A stretch of DNA of 63,920 bases, counting the filler, from Licmophora abbreviata (lineage: Eukaryota), in assembly GCA_900291995.1 (NCBI GenBank). It is 12 parts of 12 records of this genome, joined end to end, with 100 filler letters (N's around TTAATTAATTAA, not from the genome) between each part and the next. Parts side by side here need not be neighbours in the genome. Positions count along the whole stretch, not along the records: positions 11,943 to 33,212 come from OLMU01002564.1; positions 33,313 to 34,707 come from OLMU01002565.1; positions 34,808 to 40,597 come from OLMU01002566.1; positions 40,698 to 44,372 come from OLMU01002567.1; 8 more parts are not named here. One strand, 5' to 3'. The notes under the pieces are model-generated. The model ran no database searches and had not been told where the DNA came from. It saw only the letters and a program-made list of their open reading frames with translations. The position numbers and the translations under genes are program-made. Position 1 is the stretch's first letter. The number at the start of each line of letters is the position of its first letter. Positions 32,878-44,098 of this stretch are shown here, one piece after another.

Positions 32878-34529
32878 ATGAAGTTCTCTAGTCTTGCAGT
32901 TCTTTCCTTGCTCGCTGGCCCTGTTGCCGCCGAGATCTACCTCAAGGAACAATTCAACGATGAGGTAAGAATCGCACCTTGCGCCCAATCATGACTGGAC
33001 GCGGCACGGCCGCTCATTTCTTGGTGCGAAAGATCCCGCTCGTGGAGTTCTACGACAGACTCAGTACAAATACGCTTCCCGCAATTTTTGGTGACCGCGG
33101 CAATGACCGCCATCCGTTGTGAACTTACCGTTGTCTGAATCGGTTCTTGTTCTGCAGGGGTGGAAGAAGCGATGGTCTGAGGCCAGCAAGTGGAAGCCCA
33201 AGGACGAGATGGNNNNNNNNNNNNNNNNNNNNNNNNNNNNNNNNNNNNNNNNNNNNTTAATTAATTAANNNNNNNNNNNNNNNNNNNNNNNNNNNNNNNN
33301 NNNNNNNNNNNNAATCACACTGCAGGTCAGTGGTACGGCGACGAGAACGACAAGGGTATCCAGACCTCCGAAGACGCGCGGTTCTACGGTCTCAGTGCTC
33401 CGTTGACCCAGCCATTCAAAAATGACGGAAAGGAGCTTGTTATCCAGTACTCTGTCAAGCATGAGCAGAATCTCGACTGCGGTGGCGCCTACATTAAGCT
33501 CCTTCCTGGCGGCAAGAAGTTCAACGCAGCCAAGTTTGGCGGCGACACTCCCTACGCTATCATGTTTGGGCCCGACGTGTGTGGAACCAGCAACAAGAAA
33601 ACGCACGTCATTCTGCATTCGGACAAGAAAGATGACAATCTTCTTATCAAGAAAGAAGTCATGTGCGAGACGGACGACTTGACGCACCTCTACACGCTGG
33701 TCATTCGCCCCGACAACACTGTGGAAGTCTTTGTCGACAACAAGTCAGTGCGGGAAGGAAAGCTCGAAGAGGAGTTCGATTTCTTGGAGCCCAAACAGAT
33801 CAAGGATCCTGAGGCCAAAAAGCCCGAAGACTGGGTGGATAGTCCAAAGATGACCGACCCCGAGGACAAGAAGCCTGACGGCTACGACGACATTCCCGCC
33901 GAGATTGCCGACCCGGAAGCGACCAAGCCGGACGACTGGGATGACGAGGATGATGGAGAATGGGAGCCTCCAATGATTGATAACCCTGAGTACAAGGGAC
34001 CGTGGAAGCCTAAGATGATTGACAACCCCGACTACAAGGGACCGTGGGAGCATCCGATGATCGACAACCCTGACTACGCACCCGATGACAACCTTTACAA
34101 GGTGTGCAAGGATGGATGCACGCATGTCGGATTCGAACTGTGGCAGGTCAAGACCGGAACTCTGTTCGATGACATTCTTGTTACAGACAGTCTCGAGGAA
34201 GCGCAGAAGTTTGCCGAGGAGACTTTCTTTAAGAAGAAGGACGCAGAGAAGGAAATGTACGACAAGTACATGGAAGAGAAGCGAGAGCGAGAAATGGAGG
34301 TAAGCCAGCTGCGATGACCATGGGATTTACTCGGGATAATAGTCGTCGCTCCAGGTGCGAATACTAAGGTGTCTGTCTGTTTGACGGCTTTGAACAATAG
34401 GAGATGGGCGACATGGAGGACATGGAAGGTATGGAGGATATGATGGGCGGCATGGGTGGCATGGAGGATATGATGGGCGGCATGGACATGGATGATTTGG
34501 ACATGGACGGATTCGGGGACGAGTTCTAA
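32878..34529 (+). CDS. CALR: Calreticulin, multi-exon, spans a gap
   Basis: Signal peptide + EIYLKEQF; KHEQNLDCGGAYIKL, IMFGPDVCG, P-domain KPEDWD / GPWKP repeats, GFELWQVKTGTLFDDI; last exon ends FGDEF*. Confidence 0.96.
33213..33312. other. Assembly spacer inside calreticulin
   Basis: N44-TTAATTAATTAA-N44. Confidence 0.98.
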
Positions 34530-34707
34530 TTTTTCTTCAATGGAGGTTTCTTTAGCGACAGCAATGGTGAGAGCCAGCTAGCACGTTGACTTGTAGTCAG
34601 AGTTAGATAGGTACCGTGTTGAGTAGGGAACGAAGAGACGATTACATTCCGCTAGGTACCAAAAAGGAAGAGACGAAAGTCCACGATGCGTACGAATCGA
34701 GTGAGTC

Positions 34708-34807
34708 NNNNNNNNNNNNNNNNNNNNNNNNNNNNNNNNNNNNNNNNNNNNTTAATTAATTAANNNNNNNNNNNNNNNNNNNNNNNNNNNNNNNNNNNNN
34801 NNNNNNN
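34708..34807. other. Assembly spacer
   Basis: N44-TTAATTAATTAA-N44. Confidence 0.98.
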
Positions 34808-35280
34808 GAGTCGAACGATATTGTCGAACAGGAATCGGGAGCTGCGGCGAGTCACATTTGGGAAAAATGACGCGTACCTTTTACCGCTCTACTAGAAATC
34901 GTAGTACATGCCATACGTCGTTGTCAAAGCGATCAGCCGCCGTCAGCCGCACAACCTTTGCTCTTGGTGTTGCATGAACAAGGTACGACCATGGCATCCT
35001 TCCAGCCTTTTCTCGTCATCTTTGCACGTGATTTCGAATGAGTTGCTATATGCCCCTTTAAGTTGCTAGCTGAAGAGACCAGAAGATGAAGCCTCCATCG
35101 CGAACACGCTCAGCATCTCGTCCCATGATCCTGACCGCATCGAATACTTCGACCCATCGATGGTGTCGGGAAGCCCTTGTTGTCGTGGCAACGATTGGTG
35201 CGGTGTCCCCAACTCTTGCGTGCTGTTTCTTTTGCTCACATCATCTGTGTCTTCTCCTTTTCAGCGTCGATCTTGTCAGT

Positions 35281-35712
35281 ATGAGTGAAACTGTAAAGCG
35301 TGGCCGTGCTGCTGCCTCCGGCATCAAGCACAGAGTTTCGGCGGGTCTCCCCAACGCGGCAGTCGTCAACTGTGCCGATAACTCGGGAGCCAAGAATCTG
35401 CGCATTATTGCCGTATGCAACATTGGAGGTCGGCTGAATCGTCTTCCCAAGGCTAGTGCTGGTGACATGGTGATGTGCTCCGTGAAGAAGGGAAAGCCTG
35501 AGCTCCGAAAGAAGGTCATGCCCGGTATCATTGTGCGCCAGCGAAAGTCGTTCCGCAGGAAGGAGGGAGTATTCATTCACTTTGAGGACAGTGCCGGTGT
35601 GATTGTCAACAATAAAGGAGAGATGAAGGGAAGTGCTGTTTCCGGACCTGTTGCCAAGGAGTGTGCCGAGCTCTGGCCCCGTATTGCCTCAAACGCTGGT
35701 TCCATTTTGTAA
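35281..35712 (+). CDS. RPL23: 60S ribosomal protein L23 (uL14)
   Basis: [58 protein letters not shown]. Confidence 0.97.
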   Translation: MSETVKRGRAAASGIKHRVSAGLPNAAVVNCADNSGAKNLRIIAVCNIGGRLNRLPKASAGDMVMCSVKKGKPELRKKVMPGIIVRQRKSFRRKEGVFIHFEDSAGVIVNNKGEMKGSAVSGPVAKECAELWPRIASNAGSIL

Positions 35713-35822
35713 ATCTAAACAAACTAGTGTTACCAGGACCTCTGTCATTCACGCTGCTGTTGTTCGTGTGACTGCGTTTGTCAGTGATCCCTTCAATGAT
35801 CTTCTCGCTGATGTCAAATCGA

Positions 35823-37837
35823 TCACAAGAGAGCAGCAAGGAACTCAAGAATCACCGTCAGTGCACGCACCATTGCTTTTTGAATTGCTGCCAATGCTAC
35901 GCCTATACCTCCTAGCTCCGCCGCATCAGCTGCCACAGCCACGGCGTCGCGTTGTTCCTCGTCTTCCGCGAACTTGCTAGCGATAGCTGCCACTCCAGCA
36001 AGCACGCCCTCGAGTATCGACGAAACTGCAGCCCCGTCGTCAACAACAACAACCGTAGCATCCACCGTACCGTCAGCCATATCTGAAATGCCGGTCAAAT
36101 CCGTTACACCTCCCGTCGTTGCGAAGTATGTAACAGCGGCCACCAAGGCCACTCCAGCCAGAACTTTTCGTTCCAGTGAAGGGGATTGCACCGCAACGTT
36201 CGGGTCTAGACAGGCCTTCATGGTACCGACGTGGTCGCCTTCGTCTTCCTTGATGGCAGTGAACACGTCGTGGAGTGATCGCATAGAGCTTCCTGGTCTT
36301 CTTACCTGTCACAGAAATTAGTATGGGGAAGTGAGTATCATGAGAGGCAGAGTTAGTCGTCGCTATGCGGGTGACACCTTGGAGAGATGAAGACTTACTT
36401 GCTCGCCTGCCGCGAGGGCAGTTGTCTGATACTCCCCGAAAAAAGGATCAGAACCGCCAAGAGAATAGTATTGGATTGCAGCGTTCGACGGCGGGAGCTC
36501 CTTAAGAAGCTCTTTGTTCTCATCAAGAAACCCACCATATGTGTTCACAGCATGACTCTCCAGCAGCTCTGAAAACGTGTATGCCATTGTCGGCGACATC
36601 GCCCAAAGGATACAGAGCACACCAAAGTACACGAACGCACTGTGTTGGGCCAAAGCTCGCACCCACCACCGCTGGTCACCACCCAAACTTTCCATGATCA
36701 AAAGGTGGTTAAATTCATTCCATTCTTCAGCAAAGTGTATACGCTTAATATCCGATGAGCGCCTCCAGAAGCCCAGTGTTTCGTATAGGTGCAGCATGGT
36801 AATGTAGGAAAGGTATGGCATGCGAGCCACCGTCTCCAACAGCATAAATCTGGAAAAGACGTATCGATCTTCAAATAGGACATCGAGAAACCAGCAGAGG
36901 ACGAGGTATGGAATCATGATCAAATATGGTGCATTGATGGGTCCCTCGGCCCTCTCGCGTTCCCAGATCGCAGTTGAGTTCAGCGTGAGTTGTTTCAAAG
37001 TGTCTTGTAGCTCGATCTGTCTTGCCGTCAGCTCTACGACGGTGTGGCGAAACGAACAGAGACTATCCGGTAAGCACACGAAATGAGGGGACTGGAAGGA
37101 TGGTTCTGCAAAGTGCACGTACCAATGTCGGCTTCGTCGCTGTATTCGCCTCGGATCGCATTCAAGTTTCGTACGAACTGCTGAGACCCGAGTGTTAAAA
37201 TGTTGCAAGGAGGTCCGTATGGTTCCTCCGCGCTGTCGAAAGGAGAAAGTGTACGAAGAGCCAGGGTATTAGCAAATGATCCATAACATAACCACACCAA
37301 AAAGCCCACGCAAATGTACGTTCGCACAGTACCTCATGGAGTTACTTCCAATTGCAGGATATCCGCCAGTCAAAGCAGATTTTGCGCCCTCACTCCGACT
37401 CACAAAGCCGTAATCAAAGCCAGACAAGACGGAGGATGCAAGAGCATACGTATCCCCACCCTCTTCCAAATCAGGAGGTATCAAACCGTCGGTGGTTTTC
37501 CTGAGCGTTTCCAGGAGCTGTGTCGTTTCCTGAACTTCTTTCGTCTGTCGATCCAGGAGCCTCTGGAGCGCGTCCTGATTCGAAATCCAGAGACACGTTC
37601 GGATCGTAAGATACCAGCTATGCTCCAAGACGGCAATGCGCTTCGACGATACTTTCAACTTACGAGGGCCACTGACTTTCGATCGTCTTGTTCTGATCGG
37701 GCTACCATGTTCCGACTCGTCGCGGGATGACTTCGAGGATACCGGTACGGGCGTATCCAAGCATGGCTCTGCAAGGAATACGCCAGTGTCAATTCTAGCA
37801 ACGTAGCCACAGCGACACTCCAACGATGAGCTCTCAT
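35823..37837 (-). CDS. PTOX: Plastid terminal oxidase (PTOX / alternative oxidase family), multi-exon
   Basis: [60 protein letters not shown]; presequence SHA-WIRP. Confidence 0.92.
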
Positions 37838-38293
37838 TTTATTGCAATTCTTTCTGCCTAGCCTTAGCAGAATGCCGCAATGCGCTCGTTCAAGTGGTTC
37901 GATGCTCAAGATGAGATTGATTCAAGCGGCAGCCGACATGGGCGACATGCATCATCTCTCAAGTTCAGTTTTGACGCCGATGAGAACCGCGCAAAAGCAA
38001 CGCGACCGCACGCGACGATATACCTCCGGTATTTTGGCCACCAATTCATTCACAATCAACCATGATGAGGGTGTGCTGCACGGCATCAAACTGATATGGC
38101 ATGATACTCAATAAGGGAGGAGCATCGCGCATTCGAAATCTACATAGAAAGTCGTGACAGCGACGGCCTCTAGTTTGCTGCTGAGTCTGATATTCAATAC
38201 TATAGTTTTGTGATGGGGATTCGTGGTGAGATCCGCTGATTATGTGTTGGCCTTTCTAGTTTGACACGCGCGGCGTTGGGAACGGCTTTTGTG

Positions 38294-40381
38294 ATGGGGA
38301 TTCGTGGTGCTTGGTCACTTGTGTCCAAGGATCCTCGCAGATTTGGTCGGGCCTGGTTCGTCGATGGCGACGATGCTTCTGATCAACCCTGGATCTTTTT
38401 GGATGGGCCGTCGCTCTTGTATCACGTCGCACTTGACGATGTCTACGACCACTCCCCTCCCGTCTCCATGGATATTCGAAAGCCACAACGAGCTCCGTTT
38501 GAGCAGGCATGTCCTCGAACGATTCATCTTCGGGTCACGAACTTCCTCACGACTCTGTTAGAGATATGTTCTGGTGCCCAAGTTCATGTTGTCATGGACG
38601 GCCTGGCCTCGGCCGCCAAGATCCCAACGCAGGTGCAACGACTTGCGGATGCGGCCCGGCGATGCGAGCAGCAGGCGACCATGTCGGTCCAATCGAAGCA
38701 CAATCTACTGCACCTCTTGGCGGAATCAGCAATGGTGGAGGCCGTCCTAGACATGATCAAAGGCACAGCAGGCGATCATTTGCACCTGCATCGACCGAGG
38801 AATGAAGAAGCGGAGACTTTCATACACCAATGGCTACATGTGAATACTCCGTCGTCCTCGACCCGCGTTTTGGTTCTTTCGAACGATACAGACTTCTTTG
38901 TGTATCCGACTTGCCCTGGATTCGTGCCTTTGTCGACGCTTACCTTTATCTACGTCAATGGGACGCTTTGCCTGTCAGCATTCGAGTACCTGCGGCCAAA
39001 GTTCGTCAATGCATACTTTGCGGGACTTTCAAGTCATGTCGATCTTGAGGTCATGACTTGTGTGGCCACCCTTGCAGGGTGCGACTACGTTGCGTCAACC
39101 TTGGATCTGCAATCAGTGCTGGAGAAAGCTCAGGGCAACATGGTCCAGAGCGAAATTGGTGGACTTCGCCCACGAGAGCGGAACTCGCCCTCTCGCGCGT
39201 CAATACTCGTTGCCGTGCTCCGATACGTCAGTCATTGTATCCGGCGGGAACACCGAAGCCGCAAAAACAGTGGCGACTGGAAAGAGGGCATGGCAAAGTC
39301 GTTGTTCCCCGATCGTGAGTCCCAGAAAAGACTTCTTCAGGCTCTGGGTGAGATCCATCTGGTGTACTTACCGGGAACAAACGTCGGTGGTTGTGCTTCA
39401 GTCGATATCCTTCGCTTGAAGGCGTACAGTACAGTGTTTTGCCGTCCTTTGATTGAAACATGTGATGACTACACAGATTTTGCTCACGGCAATGGAGAGC
39501 ACCGTGGCAAAAGACATGCAGCGAACGGGGCTTCTTCGGCAAATTCATCTCCCTCTTCCTTCCAGCAGAACGTAGGAGAAAAGCGGCGATCACGATGTAG
39601 CACTTGGAACATGACCGTTTTTCGTCAAGTTCGATTGGGACTCTACTCGATCCTTCGGAAGCATTCGCTACTGGGAACGTCTGCCGTGACCGAATATCAG
39701 CGTATCGGACGGAATTCCCGCGTTGACTTTGTCCCGTTCGAGATTCTAGTACCACCCCTACCATCCTATCTTATGAGTCCTGATTTCTTCTCCTCGTGCC
39801 TGAACGACGACGTGGAGAGAGAAGCCGCTTTCAGCGCGGCGTACGATTGCATTTCCGGCTCCACCCAATGCGGGAAGCCCAATTCTGTGCTACTTGGTGA
39901 ATACGGAACCTTGTTCCTAGCGCTGCTTATGCTACCAGAGCGTGAAGCGATACTGTTGTTGCTTCTTGGAACCGCCCCTCTGTGTGCGAAGGAACATGCT
40001 ACCCGAAAACAGTTTGACTCTAACACGACCACGGAGGACTCGCTCCGATACGCCGTAGTCGCTTGGTACCATGCTGTATTGGTTAGTGAGGCCGTGGCGA
40101 GTCTGAGGGGTAGTCTGGTGCCGTATCCTTGCTCTCGTGTGAGCCATGTTTTTGAGAATACCCTCGCGCAAGTTATATGGGGTGTGCTAGAGGATTGTCG
40201 AGCCAGCGATCCTAATGAGGAGTGGCCACATACTTTGGATCGAGTCTTGACTATGCTCTCGTCCATGCTTGCCGGGGAGGATCCTTCACCCCCACTTCGG
40301 CAGAATCTTCACGATTGGAGGCAGAAGTCGACCGGGCTGTGGCGATTATGGGTAGATAGCGATAAGCGGACCATGGAGTAA
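38294..40381 (+). CDS. Asteroid/XPG-like PIN-domain nuclease homolog
   Basis: MGIRG, FLDG.SLLY, VVMDG, EEAE, VLSNDTDFF, LAGCDY. Confidence 0.75.
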   Translation: MGIRGAWSLVSKDPRRFGRAWFVDGDDASDQPWIFLDGPSLLYHVALDDVYDHSPPVSMDIRKPQRAPFEQACPRTIHLRVTNFLTTLLEICSGAQVHVVMDGLASAAKIPTQVQRLADAARRCEQQATMSVQSKHNLLHLLAESAMVEAVLDMIKGTAGDHLHLHRPRNEEAETFIHQWLHVNTPSSSTRVLVLSNDTDFFVYPTCPGFVPLSTLTFIYVNGTLCLSAFEYLRPKFVNAYFAGLSSHVDLEVMTCVATLAGCDYVASTLDLQSVLEKAQGNMVQSEIGGLRPRERNSPSRASILVAVLRYVSHCIRREHRSRKNSGDWKEGMAKSLFPDRESQKRLLQALGEIHLVYLPGTNVGGCASVDILRLKAYSTVFCRPLIETCDDYTDFAHGNGEHRGKRHAANGASSANSSPSSFQQNVGEKRRSRCSTWNMTVFRQVRLGLYSILRKHSLLGTSAVTEYQRIGRNSRVDFVPFEILVPPLPSYLMSPDFFSSCLNDDVEREAAFSAAYDCISGSTQCGKPNSVLLGEYGTLFLALLMLPEREAILLLLLGTAPLCAKEHATRKQFDSNTTTEDSLRYAVVAWYHAVLVSEAVASLRGSLVPYPCSRVSHVFENTLAQVIWGVLEDCRASDPNEEWPHTLDRVLTMLSSMLAGEDPSPPLRQNLHDWRQKSTGLWRLWVDSDKRTME

Positions 40382-40597
40382 GCTGAATTCACCGTTGCGG
40401 TTGGGGGACGTAGGTATCTCCCGGATGCAGATAAGCTTATGGACTAGCTCTAGCTACTACTCCTTGTCGAGTAGATCAGTTACTGATGTTTCATCTATCG
40501 TAATTAGCTTCGCAGTACAGTTTCTAATTACTTCCGTCGGAATTGTGCCTGCCAACAACTTTTGTTGTACTTGGTAGAGGCTTCTAATACTAGTAAC

Positions 40598-40697
40598 NNN
40601 NNNNNNNNNNNNNNNNNNNNNNNNNNNNNNNNNNNNNNNNNTTAATTAATTAANNNNNNNNNNNNNNNNNNNNNNNNNNNNNNNNNNNNNNNNNNNN
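40598..40697. other. Assembly spacer
   Basis: N44-TTAATTAATTAA-N44. Confidence 0.98.
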
Positions 40698-40891
40698 TAC
40701 TCCAGTAGGTCTCATTTCTCATTTCGCCATCTTCCATCAGTCGACTGACTCGCTCGACTCAAATCAGTCATTGTCATCGCATCTCTCGAAAACACGACAA
40801 GCAGCAGATGACCATGATGGCGACTGCTGTCTCCTGTCGATGTTCTCGCGCTGGCATGTCTTGATCTCTCATCCTGTGGTAAATTAAGAAT

Positions 40892-41872
40892 ATGGAACGA
40901 TCGGGCAGTGAGAAGTACGACAAAATTCGTCGTCAACGACGGCGAAGTCGCGTCATTGGAGGTATGGTCCTTCTGGCTTTCTGCTTTGTGTGTGCAGTCG
41001 TCGTCGGTGGGCCTCCGTATGCGAAAGAAGCTCCATACGAGACTGCTCAGTCAGTTTCATCAGCAGCTAAGAAGAATGAAGGATCTGGACTCAGGAACAA
41101 TGTCCAGCTCCCTCCGGCTCAGACGGTCGCGACGGAGGGCGACGTCATCACTATGGTGAATCTCTTGGATGCCGAAGTGCGAAAGATCAAGAAGACCGAC
41201 GTGATCATGGAGACTGATAAGAAAAGTCAGGATGCGATACGGAAACTGCAGGAAGCGACTCGAACTCTCCTAGGGATGCGTTATGGATTAAAGGAACCCT
41301 ATCGAGTCGAGGTGTCTTTGAAGTTCCAGAAGAGTATTCCTGACTTTGAAACGAATGGCTCTGAGGGTACTATTGTATTGGAAATGGCTCCAAGTAAGTT
41401 GGTTCCACATGCGGTGTTTACCTTTCTCGAAATCGCTCGACAATGGCAGGGAGGTGCATTCCATCGAATCGCCAGTCACGTTCTCCAGGTGCAGGTCAAT
41501 GGTCACTTTCGGCATCTTGCGTTTCAGGAGTACTCCCCCGAATTTCCGCACAAGAAAGGGACAGTTGGATATGCGGGACGTCCCTCTGGTCCTGCGTGGT
41601 ATGTTTCTACTATCGACAACACAAAGAATCATGGTCCCGGATCTCAGCAGACGCACAACCCCTACGAGGCTGACAGCTGCTTTGGGCGTGTCGTCAAGGG
41701 ATTCGACCACGAAGTACAGCGTATCTCGAAGATTCCTGATAAGGGGTTTCTTATGGACGTTAAGAAGCATGTATTGATCGAAAGAATGAAGATCCTCGTT
41801 CCGGGGAATGGACCTGACGCCGTGGATGGCTACGTTGAATGGTCGGGTGCCAAGCCAGTCTCGGATGTTTAG
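40892..41872 (+). CDS. Type II membrane cyclophilin-like domain protein
   Basis: N-terminal TM; EMAP..LVPHAVFTFL, FHR...HVLQ, LAFQEYSPEFPH.KGTVGYAGRPSGP.WY....DN...HGPG, ADSCFGRVV. Confidence 0.75.
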   Translation: MERSGSEKYDKIRRQRRRSRVIGGMVLLAFCFVCAVVVGGPPYAKEAPYETAQSVSSAAKKNEGSGLRNNVQLPPAQTVATEGDVITMVNLLDAEVRKIKKTDVIMETDKKSQDAIRKLQEATRTLLGMRYGLKEPYRVEVSLKFQKSIPDFETNGSEGTIVLEMAPSKLVPHAVFTFLEIARQWQGGAFHRIASHVLQVQVNGHFRHLAFQEYSPEFPHKKGTVGYAGRPSGPAWYVSTIDNTKNHGPGSQQTHNPYEADSCFGRVVKGFDHEVQRISKIPDKGFLMDVKKHVLIERMKILVPGNGPDAVDGYVEWSGAKPVSDV

Positions 41873-42176
41873 AAGAGTAGCGTCGTAGTAATATGTGGAA
41901 GTACCGTTGATTCGTACAGGTATTCTTTCATCAGCTTCGTGACCCGTTACTTGCGCCATGGTCGAGGGCCTCCCATGAGCCAACGGCGAATCTTGAATTG
42001 CTACCTACTTGCTTTTGGGCGCATTGACTACAGCCGATGACAAGTCCAAAGCAATTGCAACATCATCATCACCCCTCCCGATTCCGAATTCCTTTTCATT
42101 TTAGCACGACATCTCAACACTCACGCGACTTACTTTAAGACGACGACCATGGGTGGCGACGCGACAACGTTGGAGC

Positions 42177-43970
42177 ATGAGATTCAGTCTTTCCGCTCTG
42201 TCATTTCTTCTCTTCACAGCCGAAGTTATCGCCGTAACTGATCATCAGTCGAAAATGTCGCCAGCGTGGACGCCTCTGTGTTCCGATGTGCCTCAATTCG
42301 AGGCTCTTCTCGTCGCCGCCGACGCCTTTCGTAGCTGCGATGAAAAGCTCCATCTCAAGGCTCTTCTTAGCGATTCCGAGCGTTGCGCAGGACTGCTGGC
42401 CGTTCATCATAGCCCGGGCAGGCGGATTATTTTCGATTACAGTCGACAGAAAGTGACGGGAGAAGTAATGGAGCTCCTCTTTGATCTCACGGCGGCGTTG
42501 CATTTTGCCGAGAGGCGTGCGGCTATGTACGGCGGAGCAAGAATCAATACAACTGAAGGGAGGGCCGTGCTCCATCATGCACTGCGCATGCCGAAAGGAT
42601 TCGACTTTCCTGAGCATCGAACAGGTGAATCCATCCTCAAGGCGGTTCACGACGTACGTGATCGCATCGAAGAGTTCTCGAATCGAGTACGGTCGGGAGA
42701 ACATACCGGTGTCACCGGCAAGCCAATCAAGAACGTGATTAGTATTGGCATAGGTGGATCTCAGCTAGGGCCCGAATTTGTAATGGAAGCCCTCCGCGGA
42801 GACAAACAAGCCGCCGCCCAGGCAAAAGGAAGGACGTTACGATTCTTGGGCAACGTGGATCCTACCGACTTCCATCTATGCACACACGACTTGGACCCCG
42901 CGGAGACTCTCGTGGTAATCATTAGCAAGAGTTTCACAACCATTGAGACTATGCTCAATGCGCGGACCGCTCGACAGTGGCTTCTAAACAATCTTGATGG
43001 TTCTTCTGCTGACATTATCAATAAGCACGTGGTTGCTGTGAGCAGCGACTTCGAACGATCTACTGGCTTTGGAATCGACAAGGAGAACGTGTTTGAATTT
43101 TGGGAATGGGTTGGCGGTCGATACTCAGTCTGCTCGGCTGTCGGTCTGCTCCCTCTTTCATTGCAGTACTCGTACGAAATCATGACTGAGTTTCTCAATG
43201 GCGCTCACAATATGGATCAACATTTCTTCAACGCAAAGCCTCGCGACAACATTCCTTTGATTCTGGGCTTACTTGGCATTTGGAACTCGACTTTTATGGG
43301 TTACGAAAGTCGAGCGCTGCTGCCCTACGCTCAAGCACTCAAACGCTTTCCAGCTCACATTCAACAGGTTGATATGGAGAGCAACGGAAAGCGAGTTGCG
43401 TCTGACGGCGCCAAGCTTCCGTATGCCACCGGAGAGATTGACTTTGGGGAGCCTGGAACCTGCGGACAGCACTCATTTTTCCAATTGTTGCATCAGGGGC
43501 GAGTCGTACCTGCTGACTTTATCGGTTTCATGGAACCCCAGCATTCAATCGATCTGGAAGACGAAATTGTGTCCAACCATGACGAGCTGATGTCTAACTT
43601 CTTCGCGCAGCCCGATGCGCTGGCCAATGGAAAGAGCTCGACGGAACTAAGTGCGGAGAACGTTCCTCCTGGGATAGTGGAACATCTCGAGTGTCCGGGA
43701 AATCGACCGTCGTCCATAATCCTTATGACAAAGCTCGACGCTTTCGTTGTCGGACAGCTCCTCGCCATGTATGAGCACCGAACGGTAGTACAGGGATTCA
43801 TCTGGGGTATCAATAGTTTTGACCAATACGGTGTGGAGCTTGGCAAGAAACTCGCCGGCGAAGTTCGAGTTGGCTTCAGCAATTTTCGCAAATCTCGGGC
43901 AGCACCGCAGGGTTTCAATCCGTCAACGACTTCCCTCATAGAGGCGTATCTAGCTCACATTAGCGAATAA
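42177..43970 (+). CDS. GPI: Glucose-6-phosphate isomerase, plant-cytosolic-like type, with an N-terminal signal peptide
   Basis: IGIGGS.LGP, GNVDP, SKSFTT.ET, WVGGRYSVCSAVG, QQVDMESNGK, EPGT.GQHSFFQL.HQG, NSFDQYGVELGK. Confidence 0.95.
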   Translation: MRFSLSALSFLLFTAEVIAVTDHQSKMSPAWTPLCSDVPQFEALLVAADAFRSCDEKLHLKALLSDSERCAGLLAVHHSPGRRIIFDYSRQKVTGEVMELLFDLTAALHFAERRAAMYGGARINTTEGRAVLHHALRMPKGFDFPEHRTGESILKAVHDVRDRIEEFSNRVRSGEHTGVTGKPIKNVISIGIGGSQLGPEFVMEALRGDKQAAAQAKGRTLRFLGNVDPTDFHLCTHDLDPAETLVVIISKSFTTIETMLNARTARQWLLNNLDGSSADIINKHVVAVSSDFERSTGFGIDKENVFEFWEWVGGRYSVCSAVGLLPLSLQYSYEIMTEFLNGAHNMDQHFFNAKPRDNIPLILGLLGIWNSTFMGYESRALLPYAQALKRFPAHIQQVDMESNGKRVASDGAKLPYATGEIDFGEPGTCGQHSFFQLLHQGRVVPADFIGFMEPQHSIDLEDEIVSNHDELMSNFFAQPDALANGKSSTELSAENVPPGIVEHLECPGNRPSSIILMTKLDAFVVGQLLAMYEHRTVVQGFIWGINSFDQYGVELGKKLAGEVRVGFSNFRKSRAAPQGFNPSTTSLIEAYLAHISE

Positions 43971-44098
43971 GTTGTGTAAAGAATGAACAACGCCTTTCTA
44001 CAATACTTGTCTGAGATTGCTGAACTCCAGGTCGATGCCTGCACCAAGAGCGATTTCTGGCGTACACTGTGTACCTAAATCCGCGTCCGACCACACTG

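Noticed and set aside
33800..34080. Tandem nucleotide repeats (GACAACCCCGACTACAAGGGACCGTGG-like)
   Set aside because: They encode the standard calreticulin P-domain repeats.
34867..34877. ATGACGCGTAC resembling a plant UPRE variant
   Set aside because: It lies beside a gap, upstream of a ribosomal protein gene, with no linked ER-stress gene visible.
35086..35280. N-terminal extension of RPL23
   Set aside because: It contains a branch point, polypyrimidine tract and acceptor, so it is probably intronic.
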